64,000 nucleotides of DNA from Sulfurimonadaceae bacterium (lineage in GTDB: Bacteria > Campylobacterota > Campylobacteria > Campylobacterales > Sulfurimonadaceae). The position numbers and the translations under genes are program-made. The notes under the pieces were generated by a model that saw only the letters and a list, made by a program, of their open reading frames with translations, made no database searches and had not been told where the DNA came from. Location: positions 2,650 through 66,649 of the forward strand of contig JBNKJB010000012.1 of assembly GCA_050290965.1 (NCBI GenBank), given 5' to 3'. This document shows positions 18,998 through 28,952 of the stretch, piece after piece; position 1 is the stretch's first letter, and every line of letters begins with the position of its first letter.

Positions 18998-19771
18998 TTA
19001 TAAGGAGAGGCGAATACCTACGGGACAGTGATCGGAACCCTCAATCTCTTCAAGAATAAAGGCATCTTCGAGGCACTCTGCCAAATCATCGGAGACAAAA
19101 AAGTAATCAATTCTCCATCCAATATTTTTAGCGCGTGCTTGTGCGCGGTAACTCCACCAACTGTAGTGATCAAGCGCATCCCCATGCACATAACGAAAAG
19201 TGTCAATGTAACCGTGTTCAATCACCTTGTCAATCCAGGCACGCTCAATCGGTAAAAAGCCGGAAGTCCCTTCGTTGGCTTTAGGGCGGGCCAGATCAAT
19301 CTCGCGGTGCGCCGTATTGACATCGCCACAAAAAATAATAAATTTGCCTTCGTTGCGAAGCGCATCACAATAGGCTAAAAAATCCTCATAAAATTTGAGC
19401 TTGTACGCCAGACGCTCCTCATCTTTTTGGCCATTAGGAAAATAGATGCCAAAAATACACAAATCACCATAACGTTGCTCTATGATACGCCCCTCATTAA
19501 GGGTATCAATATGCTTACATGTACGCACATCATCAGGTGCAAACTTAGATAGCGCCATCGTGCCAGAATAGCCTTTTTTTTCGGCAGAGTTGATGCTGTG
19601 ATTGGGATAAAGTTCAAAAAGATGAACAGGCACTTGATCTTCGGTGGCTTTAATTTCTTGAAAAAAGAGAATATCCGTCTCGCGTTCATCAAGCCAGTTA
19701 AACCCGTTTTTATTGGCAACCGCGCGAATGCCGTTAAGATTCCATGAAAGAATCTCGATACTTCCAGTCAT
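18998..19771 (-). CDS. xth: Exodeoxyribonuclease III
   Basis: SWNLNGIR, FFQEIK, GDVNTAH, and a C-terminal SDHCPV. The start is taken at Met26 of the track ORF (MTGSIEILSWN). Confidence 0.92.
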   Translation of the reverse strand: MTGSIEILSWNLNGIRAVANKNGFNWLDERETDILFFQEIKATEDQVPVHLFELYPNHSINSAEKKGYSGTMALSKFAPDDVRTCKHIDTLNEGRIIEQRYGDLCIFGIYFPNGQKDEERLAYKLKFYEDFLAYCDALRNEGKFIIFCGDVNTAHREIDLARPKANEGTSGFLPIERAWIDKVIEHGYIDTFRYVHGDALDHYSWWSYRAQARAKNIGWRIDYFFVSDDLAECLEDAFILEEIEGSDHCPVGIRLSL

Positions 19772-19827
19772 AAGAGCTACTTTTATTTTTGGCGTATTGT
19801 AACATGTTGAGTAGATCCATTTACACG

Positions 19828-19837
19828 TTACATGTAA
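19828..19837. repeat. TTACATGTAA palindrome in the xth/DUF1566 divergent intergenic region
   Basis: Exact 10-mer, preceded by the degenerate partial copy TTACACGT. Confidence 0.95.
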
Positions 19838-19955
19838 TAAATACACATATATTACATATTGTTTTTGTAAATTTTATATCACAATTGTTATTAATATATT
19901 TATTATTTTTAATTAGTATATATTCAAGTTTAACTGCTAAACTACCCCTATATTT

Positions 19956-19965
19956 TTACATGTAA
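19956..19965. repeat. TTACATGTAA palindrome abutting the RBS of the 19975 gene
   Basis: The sequence reads TTACATGTAAAGGCGATGAATG. The motif runs directly into AAGG, 6 nt before the ATG at 19975. Confidence 0.95.
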
Positions 19966-19974
19966 AGGCGATGA

Positions 19975-20514
19975 ATGTTAAAAATTGTGTTTTTATTTTT
20001 TTCTATTATTCCTATTTTTGCAGAAGATATATTGACAAAACGGTGTTATGACGCAGAGGGAACTGAAGTTGCCTGTACGAAGAGTTCGAGTAAGTCTGCG
20101 TTTAAGGATAATGGCAATGGCATTGTTTTGGATACATCGGGTTTGATGTGGCAAAATGATTATAAAGACAACAAAGCATTTGAAGAAAGCGGCAAAGTAC
20201 CGCATTTAAGCCATAGCGAAGCGCTTAAATACTGCAGTGCCATCAATTTAGGCGGTTATAACGATTGGCGTTTACCCATACGCCGCGAATTGCGAAGTTT
20301 GGCAGATTACTCTAAAAGTATGGGCTGTATCAAACCTGCACCGGCTATTGTAGATGTGTTTATATCAACAGTCCAAACAGATGATTGGTATTGGAGTGCT
20401 ACGGATTATGAGGAAAACACCACAGCAGCGTGGGCGATATTTTTTTATAATGGTTATTTAGGATGGAACAGTAAAGATCGCACGGGATACGTACGCTGTG
20501 TACGCAATCTATAA
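19975..20514 (+). CDS. Secreted DUF1566 (Lcl C-terminal domain) family protein
   Basis: Signal peptide, plus the motifs GYNDWRLPIRRELRSL, YWSAT and GYVRCVR that are typical of DUF1566. Confidence 0.65.
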   Translation: MLKIVFLFFSIIPIFAEDILTKRCYDAEGTEVACTKSSSKSAFKDNGNGIVLDTSGLMWQNDYKDNKAFEESGKVPHLSHSEALKYCSAINLGGYNDWRLPIRRELRSLADYSKSMGCIKPAPAIVDVFISTVQTDDWYWSATDYEENTTAAWAIFFYNGYLGWNSKDRTGYVRCVRNL

Positions 20515-20528
20515 GTTTGAAGCACCCT

Positions 20529-21071
20529 CTATTTTGAATATTTTAAATACTCTTGTCGTACACTGAAGTCGCCAACATCGGAATGGAGTGTGATACCACC
20601 TTCCATTATGGTGCACTGCAGGCGCATTGAACGCTTGAAAAGCGTTTCAGGATTTTGATCTACATGTAATAATATGACGCTAACATTTTCAAAGCGCATG
20701 AACTTATTTTCATTTTGGCTCCACCATGCACGTGCTGCTCCCTCATTATAAAGATATACAATCACATGTTTTGATCTGCCACTTGCTTTACGCAGCCGTT
20801 TTTCATCGCATTGGCCAAACTCGATCCATAACATAATGTCATCACTATAATTTTTAATTTGGAGTTCGGGTTCATCATCAGCAGCGCTCAATCCTTTGGT
20901 AAAGGCAAGGTGCTCATCCGCATTTAAGGCAAAAGCAATAAGACGAACCATCAATCTATAGTCGGTTTCGCTAGGATGCTTCGCCAGTGTGAGTTCATGA
21001 ATATGGTAATAGTGGCGGTCGATATCACTAATATCAAGACGCGCTTTGTAAATGGTAGAGCCAGTGGCCAT
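20529..21071 (-). CDS. yaeQ: YaeQ-family protein
   Basis: ATGSTIYKARLDISDIDRHYY..LTLAKHPSETDYRLMVRLIAFAL matches the YaeQ N-terminal signature as recalled. 180 aa. Confidence 0.8.
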   Translation of the reverse strand: MATGSTIYKARLDISDIDRHYYHIHELTLAKHPSETDYRLMVRLIAFALNADEHLAFTKGLSAADDEPELQIKNYSDDIMLWIEFGQCDEKRLRKASGRSKHVIVYLYNEGAARAWWSQNENKFMRFENVSVILLHVDQNPETLFKRSMRLQCTIMEGGITLHSDVGDFSVRQEYLKYSK

Positions 21072-21130
21072 GTAAGTATCTTTATCGCTTAGGGGTAGGA
21101 GGGTTCTCTCCCAAAAGGGGAGAACAAAAG

Positions 21131-22009
21131 TTATATGAAATTAACGGTAGAAACGTGATGTGAGAGACCAAGCTCTTCTTTAGAGCAGCCTAAAGCCAGC
21201 CCAACCATTTGTTGCATATGCAGTATAGGCATTTTTACATCACGGCCTACTGCATCGCTGGCATGTTTATATTGTGTATCAAGTTTCAGATGGCATAGCG
21301 GGCAGGGTGTCACCATCCAATCAGCATCTTGATCCATGGCACCCATAAGTGCTTTTCCTGTGAGTACGGCAGCTGTATGGGGTGCTTGAAGTTCCACATG
21401 AAAACCACAGCATTTGTTTTTTTCTTCATAATCAACACTCTTGCCGCCAAGTGCAATAACAAGATCATCCAGTGATGAGGGATTATAAGGATTTTCATCT
21501 CCGTTGCTCTCATTTTGCAGCTCAGATGGGCGAATATTGTGACAACCGTAAAACGGTGCAATATTAAATTGCTCAAGCGGTGTGGTTACTTTTTCTTTGA
21601 GTGCTTCAAGACCAAAATCGTCAAGAATAGCATAGAGAAAATGTTTGATGTGAGAAGTACCTTTATACTCAAGTCCCACTTCAGCGAGTTTACTATTGAC
21701 CTTGCGTTTGAGTTCGCTATCGGCATCCAAACGTTGTTTCGTCATAGCGGTATTAAGCTGACAGGTATTGCAGATTGTAATCATTGTCAAGCCATGTTTT
21801 TCGGCATAAGCAATGTTGCGTGCATTCAACACCAGTGAAAGAAAATCATCATAATCTTGCAGGTGTGATGCCCCGCAGCAGCTAGCTTCGGTGAGTTCAA
21901 CAATTTCAATTCCCAATTTATCGGCTACCGCGTAGGTAGACATCAATTGCTCAGGAGTACTCTCTTTGGCCGTACAACCTGTAAAAAGTGCATATTTCAA
22001 TTTTTCCAC
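21131..22009 (-). CDS. Type-E succinate:quinone oxidoreductase or fumarate reductase membrane-anchor subunit with two CCG domains (HdrB-like; SdhE/MfrE-type)
   Basis: Two cysteine-rich CCG motifs (ASCCGAS and NKCCGFH) with flanking CxxC-type cysteines. It is the last gene of the sdhA-sdhB operon. Confidence 0.8.
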   Translation of the reverse strand: MEKLKYALFTGCTAKESTPEQLMSTYAVADKLGIEIVELTEASCCGASHLQDYDDFLSLVLNARNIAYAEKHGLTMITICNTCQLNTAMTKQRLDADSELKRKVNSKLAEVGLEYKGTSHIKHFLYAILDDFGLEALKEKVTTPLEQFNIAPFYGCHNIRPSELQNESNGDENPYNPSSLDDLVIALGGKSVDYEEKNKCCGFHVELQAPHTAAVLTGKALMGAMDQDADWMVTPCPLCHLKLDTQYKHASDAVGRDVKMPILHMQQMVGLALGCSKEELGLSHHVSTVNFI

Positions 22010-22019
22010 GGCGTGCTCC

Positions 22020-23000
22020 TTAAAATTTTACGGTTGATGAGGATTTAACAAGTTTTTGGATCTCATCAAGGTTATCAGATTTTGGCATATTCCAAGGAAG
22101 CACAATTTTGCCTTTTTTAAACATTTTAAGTGCTACTGGTATATGTTTTGGCATACCGCAAGGACCTTCTGAATAGAGTACCAATCCACCCTCATCAAGT
22201 AGGCCGTGTTTTTTAATGGAGTGTTTAAAACCAACGGCGTGGCGTGTTGCCACGTTGTTAAGAGCAACACCGTGCTCAAAAACTTGATTGTGCAGTTTGG
22301 TGATTTTTTCAATTGGATTAACATCTTTAGGACAGACTTCGGCACATTCAAAACATTTAACACAATCCCATACGCCAGCAGCAGGAGCATTAATAATACT
22401 CAGGCGTTCATCAATCCCCTCATCGCGAACATCCGCATTAAAACGGAACGCTTTAGCAAAAGCCGCAGGTCCCAGATAATCTTCATTGATTTCAATGACT
22501 GGGCATGAATAGTGGCACAGGCCGCATTGGATGCAGTAATCTGATTCTAGCAATGCTTCTGCTTGTTCTGGACTAACGGCACACTCCATTTCAGGGTGTT
22601 CTTCAATATGACTAATCAAGTAGGGTTCAACCGCTTCGTGTTTAGTCCAAAAATCGGCTTTGTCGATGATCAGATCTTTGATAGCACGTTTTTGACTTAA
22701 TGGATCAAGTGTCAGTTCCGTACCAAAGAGTTCAATCAGATCGTTCATGCGTTCTTTACAAGCTAATACACCTTTGCCGTTGACTTTAATGGCACAGGCT
22801 CCGCAAATTCCATGACGGCAACTGCGACGGTAGCTAAAACTGCCATCATGTTCCCATTTGATGCGGTTGAGAATATCAAGGACTACTTCTTCAGAGGTGA
22901 CATCCATCTCTATTGTGGTGTAATAAGGTAGATAATCGGTTTCAGAGTTGAAACGGAATACCTTAAACGTGACTTTTCGTGTCGTAATTTCGCTTACCAT
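22020..23000 (-). CDS. sdhB: Succinate dehydrogenase/fumarate reductase iron-sulfur subunit (type E, long form)
   Basis: CRHGICGACAIKVNG, CIQCGLCHYSCP and CVKCFECAEVCP, with a ~70 aa C-terminal extension relative to FrdB. Confidence 0.9.
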   Translation of the reverse strand: MVSEITTRKVTFKVFRFNSETDYLPYYTTIEMDVTSEEVVLDILNRIKWEHDGSFSYRRSCRHGICGACAIKVNGKGVLACKERMNDLIELFGTELTLDPLSQKRAIKDLIIDKADFWTKHEAVEPYLISHIEEHPEMECAVSPEQAEALLESDYCIQCGLCHYSCPVIEINEDYLGPAAFAKAFRFNADVRDEGIDERLSIINAPAAGVWDCVKCFECAEVCPKDVNPIEKITKLHNQVFEHGVALNNVATRHAVGFKHSIKKHGLLDEGGLVLYSEGPCGMPKHIPVALKMFKKGKIVLPWNMPKSDNLDEIQKLVKSSSTVKF

Positions 23001-23011
23001 TCAGGTACTCC

Positions 23012-24733
23012 TTAATAGGTTCTTTCTTTAAGTTCATGTTTGCCAAGAATGACATCCATATATTCAATTGTAATATCACCTTCATCACTCATGTATGCCA
23101 TCGTGTGCTTGAGGAAATTTTCATCGTCACGGCTAGCATAATCTTCTCTAAAGTGGGCGCCACGGCTCTCTTTACGTGCTAGGGCACTCTCAACAATAAA
23201 GAGTGAGTAATCCAGCATATGACCCAATTCAATGGCTTCTTGCAGATCGGTATTGAAGATTTTTGATTTGTCGTCAATACGGCAATTCGCGTGAAAACGC
23301 TTGCGTAGATCTTTTAAGATATCAACTTGCTTTTTAAGTGTTGCTTCGGTGCGAAACACTCCGGCATTGTCTGTCATTGACTGTTGCAACAGGTCGCGAA
23401 TTTTTGGAACCGTATCACTACCGTTACGTGTCATGATGGTTTGAATTTCATCAATCATACGTTGTGCATCGGCTTCACTAACATCACCAAGTGCGATAGA
23501 ATCAATATCTTTAAGCATACTCTGTCCCACATGACGTCCAAAAAAGAGCGCTTCAAGTACGGAGTTGGCACCCAAACGATTGGCACCGTGTACACTTGAA
23601 CATGATGCTTCGCCCGCAGCATAAAAACCTTCTACAAACTCTGTGGCGTTCTTGCGTACATGGCCATCAATATCTACGGGGATACCACCCATAGAGTAGT
23701 GCGCTGTGGCACTAATGAGGATGGGCTCTTTAATCATATCAAGCCCAAGGAATGTGATGGCAAGATCACGAAGCTCTGGTAAACGCTCCATGATTTTTTC
23801 ACGGCCAAGGTGTGTTAGGTCGATATAAACGGCATCTTTGCGTGGGCCTACGCCGCGTCCTTCACGAATTTCGTTGATAATAGCGCGACTTACCACGTCA
23901 CGAGAAGCAAGTTCAAGTTTTTCAGGAGCATAACGACTCATAAAACGTTCGCCTTCAGAGTTAAGCAGTTTGCCACCTTCGCCACGCGCGGCTTCTGAAA
24001 TTAAAACACCGTTACCCGAGAGTCCCGAAGGGTGAAACTGTACAAACTCCATATCTTCAAGCGGCAGACCGTGACGTGCCACAATAGAGAGACCATCACC
24101 AGTGTTAGCATGAGCATTGGAGTTAATTTTATAGGCACGTGCATAACCGCCAGTCGCAAACATCACTGCTTTGGCTTGAAAGATCATCTTCTCTTGATTG
24201 CGAATATTAAAAGCAACAACCCCACTAACTTTGCCATCGCGATAAATAATATCTGCAGCGTACCACTCATCCCAAAACACAACCCCTTCGCGTAGTGCTT
24301 GCTCGTACACGGTTTGCAGTAGTGTCAATCCGGTGCGATCTTTAGCAAAACAGGCACGTGGTGAGCTCTGACCTCCAAAAGGACGTTGTGCAATGGTTCC
24401 ATTTTCATTACGGCTAAATGCCGCCCCCATGCGTTCAGCCCAGCGAATTGTTTTTGGGGCTTCGCGACACATCAACGCAACGACATCCTGATCTGCGAGA
24501 TAATCTGATCCTTTAACGGTGTCGAATTCATGAAGCTCAACACTATCCTCTTTACTGAGTGCTGCATTGATGCCACCCTGTGCGGCACCGGAGTGGCTTC
24601 GCAATGGGTGGAGTTTGGTGATGACGGCAACTGTTTTACCGGCTTTTTCAAGCTCACGTGCTGCAGTGGAACCAGCAAGACCGGCACCCACAATCACGGC
24701 ATCATAAGTATGGATTGGGATACTCATACACAT
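23012..24733 (-). CDS. sdhA: Succinate dehydrogenase/fumarate reductase flavoprotein subunit (type E)
   Basis: [11 protein letters not shown] begins at residue 11. [13 protein letters not shown] and ARGEGG are present. There is no twin-arginine leader. Confidence 0.93.
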   Translation of the reverse strand: MCMSIPIHTYDAVIVGAGLAGSTAARELEKAGKTVAVITKLHPLRSHSGAAQGGINAALSKEDSVELHEFDTVKGSDYLADQDVVALMCREAPKTIRWAERMGAAFSRNENGTIAQRPFGGQSSPRACFAKDRTGLTLLQTVYEQALREGVVFWDEWYAADIIYRDGKVSGVVAFNIRNQEKMIFQAKAVMFATGGYARAYKINSNAHANTGDGLSIVARHGLPLEDMEFVQFHPSGLSGNGVLISEAARGEGGKLLNSEGERFMSRYAPEKLELASRDVVSRAIINEIREGRGVGPRKDAVYIDLTHLGREKIMERLPELRDLAITFLGLDMIKEPILISATAHYSMGGIPVDIDGHVRKNATEFVEGFYAAGEASCSSVHGANRLGANSVLEALFFGRHVGQSMLKDIDSIALGDVSEADAQRMIDEIQTIMTRNGSDTVPKIRDLLQQSMTDNAGVFRTEATLKKQVDILKDLRKRFHANCRIDDKSKIFNTDLQEAIELGHMLDYSLFIVESALARKESRGAHFREDYASRDDENFLKHTMAYMSDEGDITIEYMDVILGKHELKERTY

Positions 24734-24897
24734 TCCTTGATTTGAATAATAAGTGGCTGATTATAGCGAGATAACTCTTGAGTAGGAATAAAAATCAATT
24801 ATACAAACAAGTTTGTTAAAAATGTTACGTATTGTATCTTTTAAAGGGGGTATGGCGGGAAAAGAGGGTGTTTTAGTGTGTTAAAAAGTTACATGTA

Positions 24898-26082
24898 TTA
24901 AACGTAATCACGTAACTGAGCAATACGGTTGCGTCCTTTTTCTTGTGCTTTTTTTAAGAGGTCTATAGCGTGTGCAATTGAGGTATCAAAAGATTTGGTT
25001 TGATGTTTGACTAAAAAACCGCCAGAAAGTGTAATCGTAACTTTCTCGTGCTCTGGAGTTTTAAAATTAGTTTCGGCAATGGTGACACGAATGGTATCGC
25101 ATAGCTCTAACGCTTCCTCTTTTGATTCGCGTGGCATGATCAAAATAAAGCATGAATCATCAAGACGGGCAGAAATATCGTTATGTTGTTCATATAAAGC
25201 AATAACGGAAGCTATTTTTTTGATGACACTATCCATAAATTTTTCAGAATGACGAGCAAGCAGCAGTGAATATTCATCAATTTGAAAGGCGCAAAAACAT
25301 ACGGCATTGTTGGTTCGCATCGCTTTGCTGCTACCAAAAGCGTGAGCAAGTCCTTTGGCATTTTTGAGACCGCTTAGCGCATCAATATGGGCTGGATTTT
25401 CTTTGAAAATGCACTCTTTTTTGAGCTTGTTGGTAATTGCTTCGACTTCAGTAGTCTTAATGGCATACTCTTTCATATCAATGCCATAGAGTGACTGAAG
25501 ATCATAAATAATGAGTTTAAAACGATTTTGCATCCAGAAAAAGAGCAAAATGCCTGCAATAATTACACCGTAAATAATTGATTCACGCAAAAGGAATTGG
25601 CGATGTTCGTAAGCAATACTCTCCTCAAGCATTTCTGACATTTGATGGATATACTCTTGATGAGCTTGAAGCATTTGTTGTTTTAGCGTGTCTAAAGAGG
25701 TGTCACTAGGTGTCAAATAGGTTTTAACTGCTAATGCAAAAGTAGTATTGAGTTTATTGAGTTTTTTAAGCGCTTCATCATCTTTGAGAGAAGGGAAAAC
25801 AGGTTCAAGCGGATTAAATGATGCCTGATTCTCTTCAAGCGCTTCAAGTGTCATTGAAAGTTCGCCTCGAATACCTTGAAACGTGATCATGTCGAAGGTG
25901 TCATTTTTAGGAGTGAGTTTGGTAGCATTGTCGGCGATGTTGTGCAGTTGCTGGAGAAGATTGATCTGTTTTTGTGAAATACGCTCGTTTACTAAGATCA
26001 GACCAACTACGGCAAGAAAAAACATTAACAACAGAAGAAGGTGGGTTGCACTTTTAAGTGCTTTTTCTATAGAAAATTTCAT
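24898..26082 (-). CDS. Membrane sensor protein with a degenerate GGDEF domain
   Basis: Two TM helices flank a periplasmic region. GGDEF-domain landmarks DALSGLKN and NRIAQ are present, but the GGDEF position reads DDSCF (nt 25147-25161). Confidence 0.7.
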   Translation of the reverse strand: MKFSIEKALKSATHLLLLLMFFLAVVGLILVNERISQKQINLLQQLHNIADNATKLTPKNDTFDMITFQGIRGELSMTLEALEENQASFNPLEPVFPSLKDDEALKKLNKLNTTFALAVKTYLTPSDTSLDTLKQQMLQAHQEYIHQMSEMLEESIAYEHRQFLLRESIIYGVIIAGILLFFWMQNRFKLIIYDLQSLYGIDMKEYAIKTTEVEAITNKLKKECIFKENPAHIDALSGLKNAKGLAHAFGSSKAMRTNNAVCFCAFQIDEYSLLLARHSEKFMDSVIKKIASVIALYEQHNDISARLDDSCFILIMPRESKEEALELCDTIRVTIAETNFKTPEHEKVTITLSGGFLVKHQTKSFDTSIAHAIDLLKKAQEKGRNRIAQLRDYV

Positions 26083-26163
26083 ACCAAATCATCCTAAAAT
26101 ATTGCTATAAAAGAAATTTTACCATGAATTCACCTATATTGTTCCCCTGTAATTCATCTAGTA

Positions 26164-27030
26164 ATGTTCACCTGCTATAATTGCGCCAAAAAAAGTAGTG
26201 TGGGTTTGAATAAAGAAGATTTTTTTATCGACCGTATTAGCGCCCATACCAAGGCAATTGGAGACGATGGCGCACTTAAAGATGGGCTCATTTACTCCAA
26301 AGATGCTTTTTTTGAAAATGTTCATTTTAAGCGCAAGTGGTTAAGTTGTTACCAAATTGCCCAAAAAGCGATGATGGTTAATATTTCTGATGCGGTTGCG
26401 ATGAACGCCGTGCCAAAATATGCACTTTTGGCGCTTGGCATTCCTAAAACGCTCTCACGCAGTGATATGCGACAGCTCTCAAGAGGCTTTATTGAGACTG
26501 CCGCGCGCTATGGTATTGAAATTATTGGTGGCGATACGATTGCCAACAGTAAAATTGATATTACGGTCACTATCATCTCTCACACAACCCATCCTTTGTG
26601 GCGTAGTGGAATCAAACGGGGAGATTGGATCGCTTATACGGGCCAACTTGGATATGCAAAACGTGATTTACGGTACTTGATGGCGGGAGGCAGCTTACAT
26701 GCTAAGAGCCATTTTCATCGTGTACATGTAAGAGATGCTTTTGTGTCTAAAAGCCGTAGGTATCTGCGTGTAGGTATGGATATTTCCGATGGCTTGTTTG
26801 CTGATTTGAAGAAACTTTCTCAACGTAATCGATGTGGGTTTAGGCTGAATAAACCCCTTTTAAACTCTTTAGGCTGCAGCGGCGAGGAGTATGAAATGCT
26901 TGTCGCATGTTCGCCACACCATAAACGCGCCTTAATGCGTTATGCGCAAAAGACACGCACTCCTTTGCATTTTATAGGCAGAGCAGTACGCGGCACTTTT
27001 GTAAACAGTTGTAAAAACCACCATTTTTAA
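26164..27030 (+). CDS. thiL: Thiamine-monophosphate kinase
   Basis: AIGDDGA, the AIR-synthase-like fold motif GGDT, and DISDGL. The true start is probably later (GTG 26200 or TTG 26206), because an extended -10 TGCTATAAT lies at 26173-26181 inside the track ORF. Confidence 0.85.
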   Translation: MFTCYNCAKKSSVGLNKEDFFIDRISAHTKAIGDDGALKDGLIYSKDAFFENVHFKRKWLSCYQIAQKAMMVNISDAVAMNAVPKYALLALGIPKTLSRSDMRQLSRGFIETAARYGIEIIGGDTIANSKIDITVTIISHTTHPLWRSGIKRGDWIAYTGQLGYAKRDLRYLMAGGSLHAKSHFHRVHVRDAFVSKSRRYLRVGMDISDGLFADLKKLSQRNRCGFRLNKPLLNSLGCSGEEYEMLVACSPHHKRALMRYAQKTRTPLHFIGRAVRGTFVNSCKNHHF

Positions 27031-27039
27031 AGAGAGATA

Positions 27040-28122
27040 ATGAACCGATTATATGCACTTGATCACGCCCCGATCCCCTTTTATTTTCGACAAAGTGTTC
27101 GTGATTTTGTTGTAGAAGAAATTCCCTTGTATTCATGGAGCGGTATGGGGGAGCATTTGATTTTACATGTAAGAAAAAAAGAGCTCACAACTTGGGAGAT
27201 GCTGGAGATTGTGGCATCATATTTGGGAATTAAAACCAAAGAGATAGGTTACGCGGGCTTAAAAGATAAAAATGCCATGACAAAACAGTTTATTTCGGTC
27301 CATAAAATACATGCCGATAAAATGGCGCTGTTTTCACACGAGAAGATCAAAATTATTGAGACCCATTATCATGACAATAAGATTCGCATGGGACATCTTA
27401 AAGGCAATCGTTTTTTTATTCGTCTTAAAAAAGTAACACCGTTAGCGGCAAAAATGATTGAACAGGCGTTAGGGCAGATTAAAAAGAGTGGTATGCCAAA
27501 CTTTTTTGGATATCAGCGTTTTGGAATTGAAGGCGATAATTATCAAAAAGGCGAAGCGATTGTGTCGGGGCAGCTTAAAGAGCGCAATGTTAAATTGCGT
27601 CGTATGTATGTGAGTGCCTATCAAAGTCATATGTTTAATTTGTGGTTGAGCCGTCGCATTGAAATTAGCAAAATGGTTGCGAGTTTTGAAGCTTCTGAGA
27701 TAGAGTCACTTTTAAACATGCCAAAAGAGAGCATAGCCATGATGAAAGCTCAGGCACATCCGTTTAAATTGATGGTGGGTGATACCATGATGCATTATCC
27801 TTATGGCAGACTCTTTGCATTTGATGGCAGCAGTGATGAAGCGGAGCGCTTTATAAGTCGTGATGCCGTGCCTACAGGTCTTTTAAATGGGAAGCGCGTC
27901 AAACATAGTGAGGCGGATGCTTATAGTGTTGAAAAAGAGTTTGTTCGTACGATGGATGAAGACGGTGCGCGTCGTTATGCATGGATATTTCCTGAAGAGA
28001 TTGAATCTTTATATCGTGAAAACGAGGCATGGATGGAGTTGCACTTTAGCTTGCCAAAAGGTTCATATGCAACGGTTTTACTAGAAGAGATCGCTAAAAG
28101 AAACATTAAAGGAGAGGCATAA
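27040..28122 (+). CDS. truD: tRNA pseudouridine(13) synthase
   Basis: DFVVEEIP, GLKDK (catalytic Asp) and NFFGYQRFG. Confidence 0.9.
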   Translation: MNRLYALDHAPIPFYFRQSVRDFVVEEIPLYSWSGMGEHLILHVRKKELTTWEMLEIVASYLGIKTKEIGYAGLKDKNAMTKQFISVHKIHADKMALFSHEKIKIIETHYHDNKIRMGHLKGNRFFIRLKKVTPLAAKMIEQALGQIKKSGMPNFFGYQRFGIEGDNYQKGEAIVSGQLKERNVKLRRMYVSAYQSHMFNLWLSRRIEISKMVASFEASEIESLLNMPKESIAMMKAQAHPFKLMVGDTMMHYPYGRLFAFDGSSDEAERFISRDAVPTGLLNGKRVKHSEADAYSVEKEFVRTMDEDGARRYAWIFPEEIESLYRENEAWMELHFSLPKGSYATVLLEEIAKRNIKGEA

Positions 28123-28124
28123 TA

Positions 28125-28952
28125 ATGGCACACTACAGTAACTGGATTTCGCAACAATTTGGACGTTTTGCATCTAAAACATTTACTCCATGGTTCCAAA
28201 AAATTATCAATCGTACTTATGTGAGACTTATGGATCTTGAAATGTGCGAATTTGAACAACCAGAGTCGTATCAGAGTCTTAATGCACTCTTTACGCGTCA
28301 TCTGAAAGTACCGCGAACTTTTAGCAGTGACGCGCGCGACATGATTGCGCCTTGTGACGCATTTGTTTCCGAACGTGCCCAGATTGATGGGGCTTTGGCG
28401 ATGCAGATTAAAGGGATGCATTATAATGTAGATGCACTGCTTGGCACAGAAATTGACGAGGCGTCACGCAAACGGGTGCGTGGTGGCGATTATATTAATT
28501 TTTATCTTTCGCCGCGTGATTATCATCGCTATCATATCCCATGCGATACGCAGATATTAAAAGCGGTTTACATTCCCGGAAAACTCTATCCGGTCAATAT
28601 GCCGGCACTGCGTAACATTGCCTCGCTTTTTGTAGAAAACGAACGTGTTGTCTTAGAGTGTGAAAGTGCTGGAAAACGCTTTTTTATGGTGATGGTAGGG
28701 GCACTTAATGTGGGCAAAATGCAGATTGCTTTTGAACTGCAGATTCAAACCAATGCCACGGTTGATACTGTTCAATGCTATACCTACGAAAACCTGTTGC
28801 AGTCAAAAGGAGATGACTTTGGTTGCTTTGAAATGGGATCAACTATAGTCATCCTTTCTGAGAAGGGATTATTTGAATATCAGGTAAGTAGTGGCGAAAA
28901 AGTTCGTTATGGCGAGACGATAGCTACTATCGGTGTAGCAGATCAAGCTTAA
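28125..28952 (+). CDS. psd: Phosphatidylserine decarboxylase proenzyme
   Basis: YHRYH and the self-cleavage site FEMGSTIV (GST). Confidence 0.9.
   Translation: MAHYSNWISQQFGRFASKTFTPWFQKIINRTYVRLMDLEMCEFEQPESYQSLNALFTRHLKVPRTFSSDARDMIAPCDAFVSERAQIDGALAMQIKGMHYNVDALLGTEIDEASRKRVRGGDYINFYLSPRDYHRYHIPCDTQILKAVYIPGKLYPVNMPALRNIASLFVENERVVLECESAGKRFFMVMVGALNVGKMQIAFELQIQTNATVDTVQCYTYENLLQSKGDDFGCFEMGSTIVILSEKGLFEYQVSSGEKVRYGETIATIGVADQA

Noticed and set aside
21088-21112. The imperfect hairpin GTTCTCTCCC-AAAA-GGGGAGAAC between the sdh operon and yaeQ, considered as a terminator.
   Set aside because: The stem has a bulge, and no U-tract follows it on the transcribed (minus) strand. The evidence is too weak to call a terminator.
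28927-28952. The 26-nt convergent overlap of psd with the 199-aa hypothetical gene, and the 7-nt overlap of the LetB-like gene with tonB at 56051-56057, considered as antisense regulatory features.
   Set aside because: Short 3'-end overlaps are common in compact genomes. Nothing else in the sequence supports a regulatory role.
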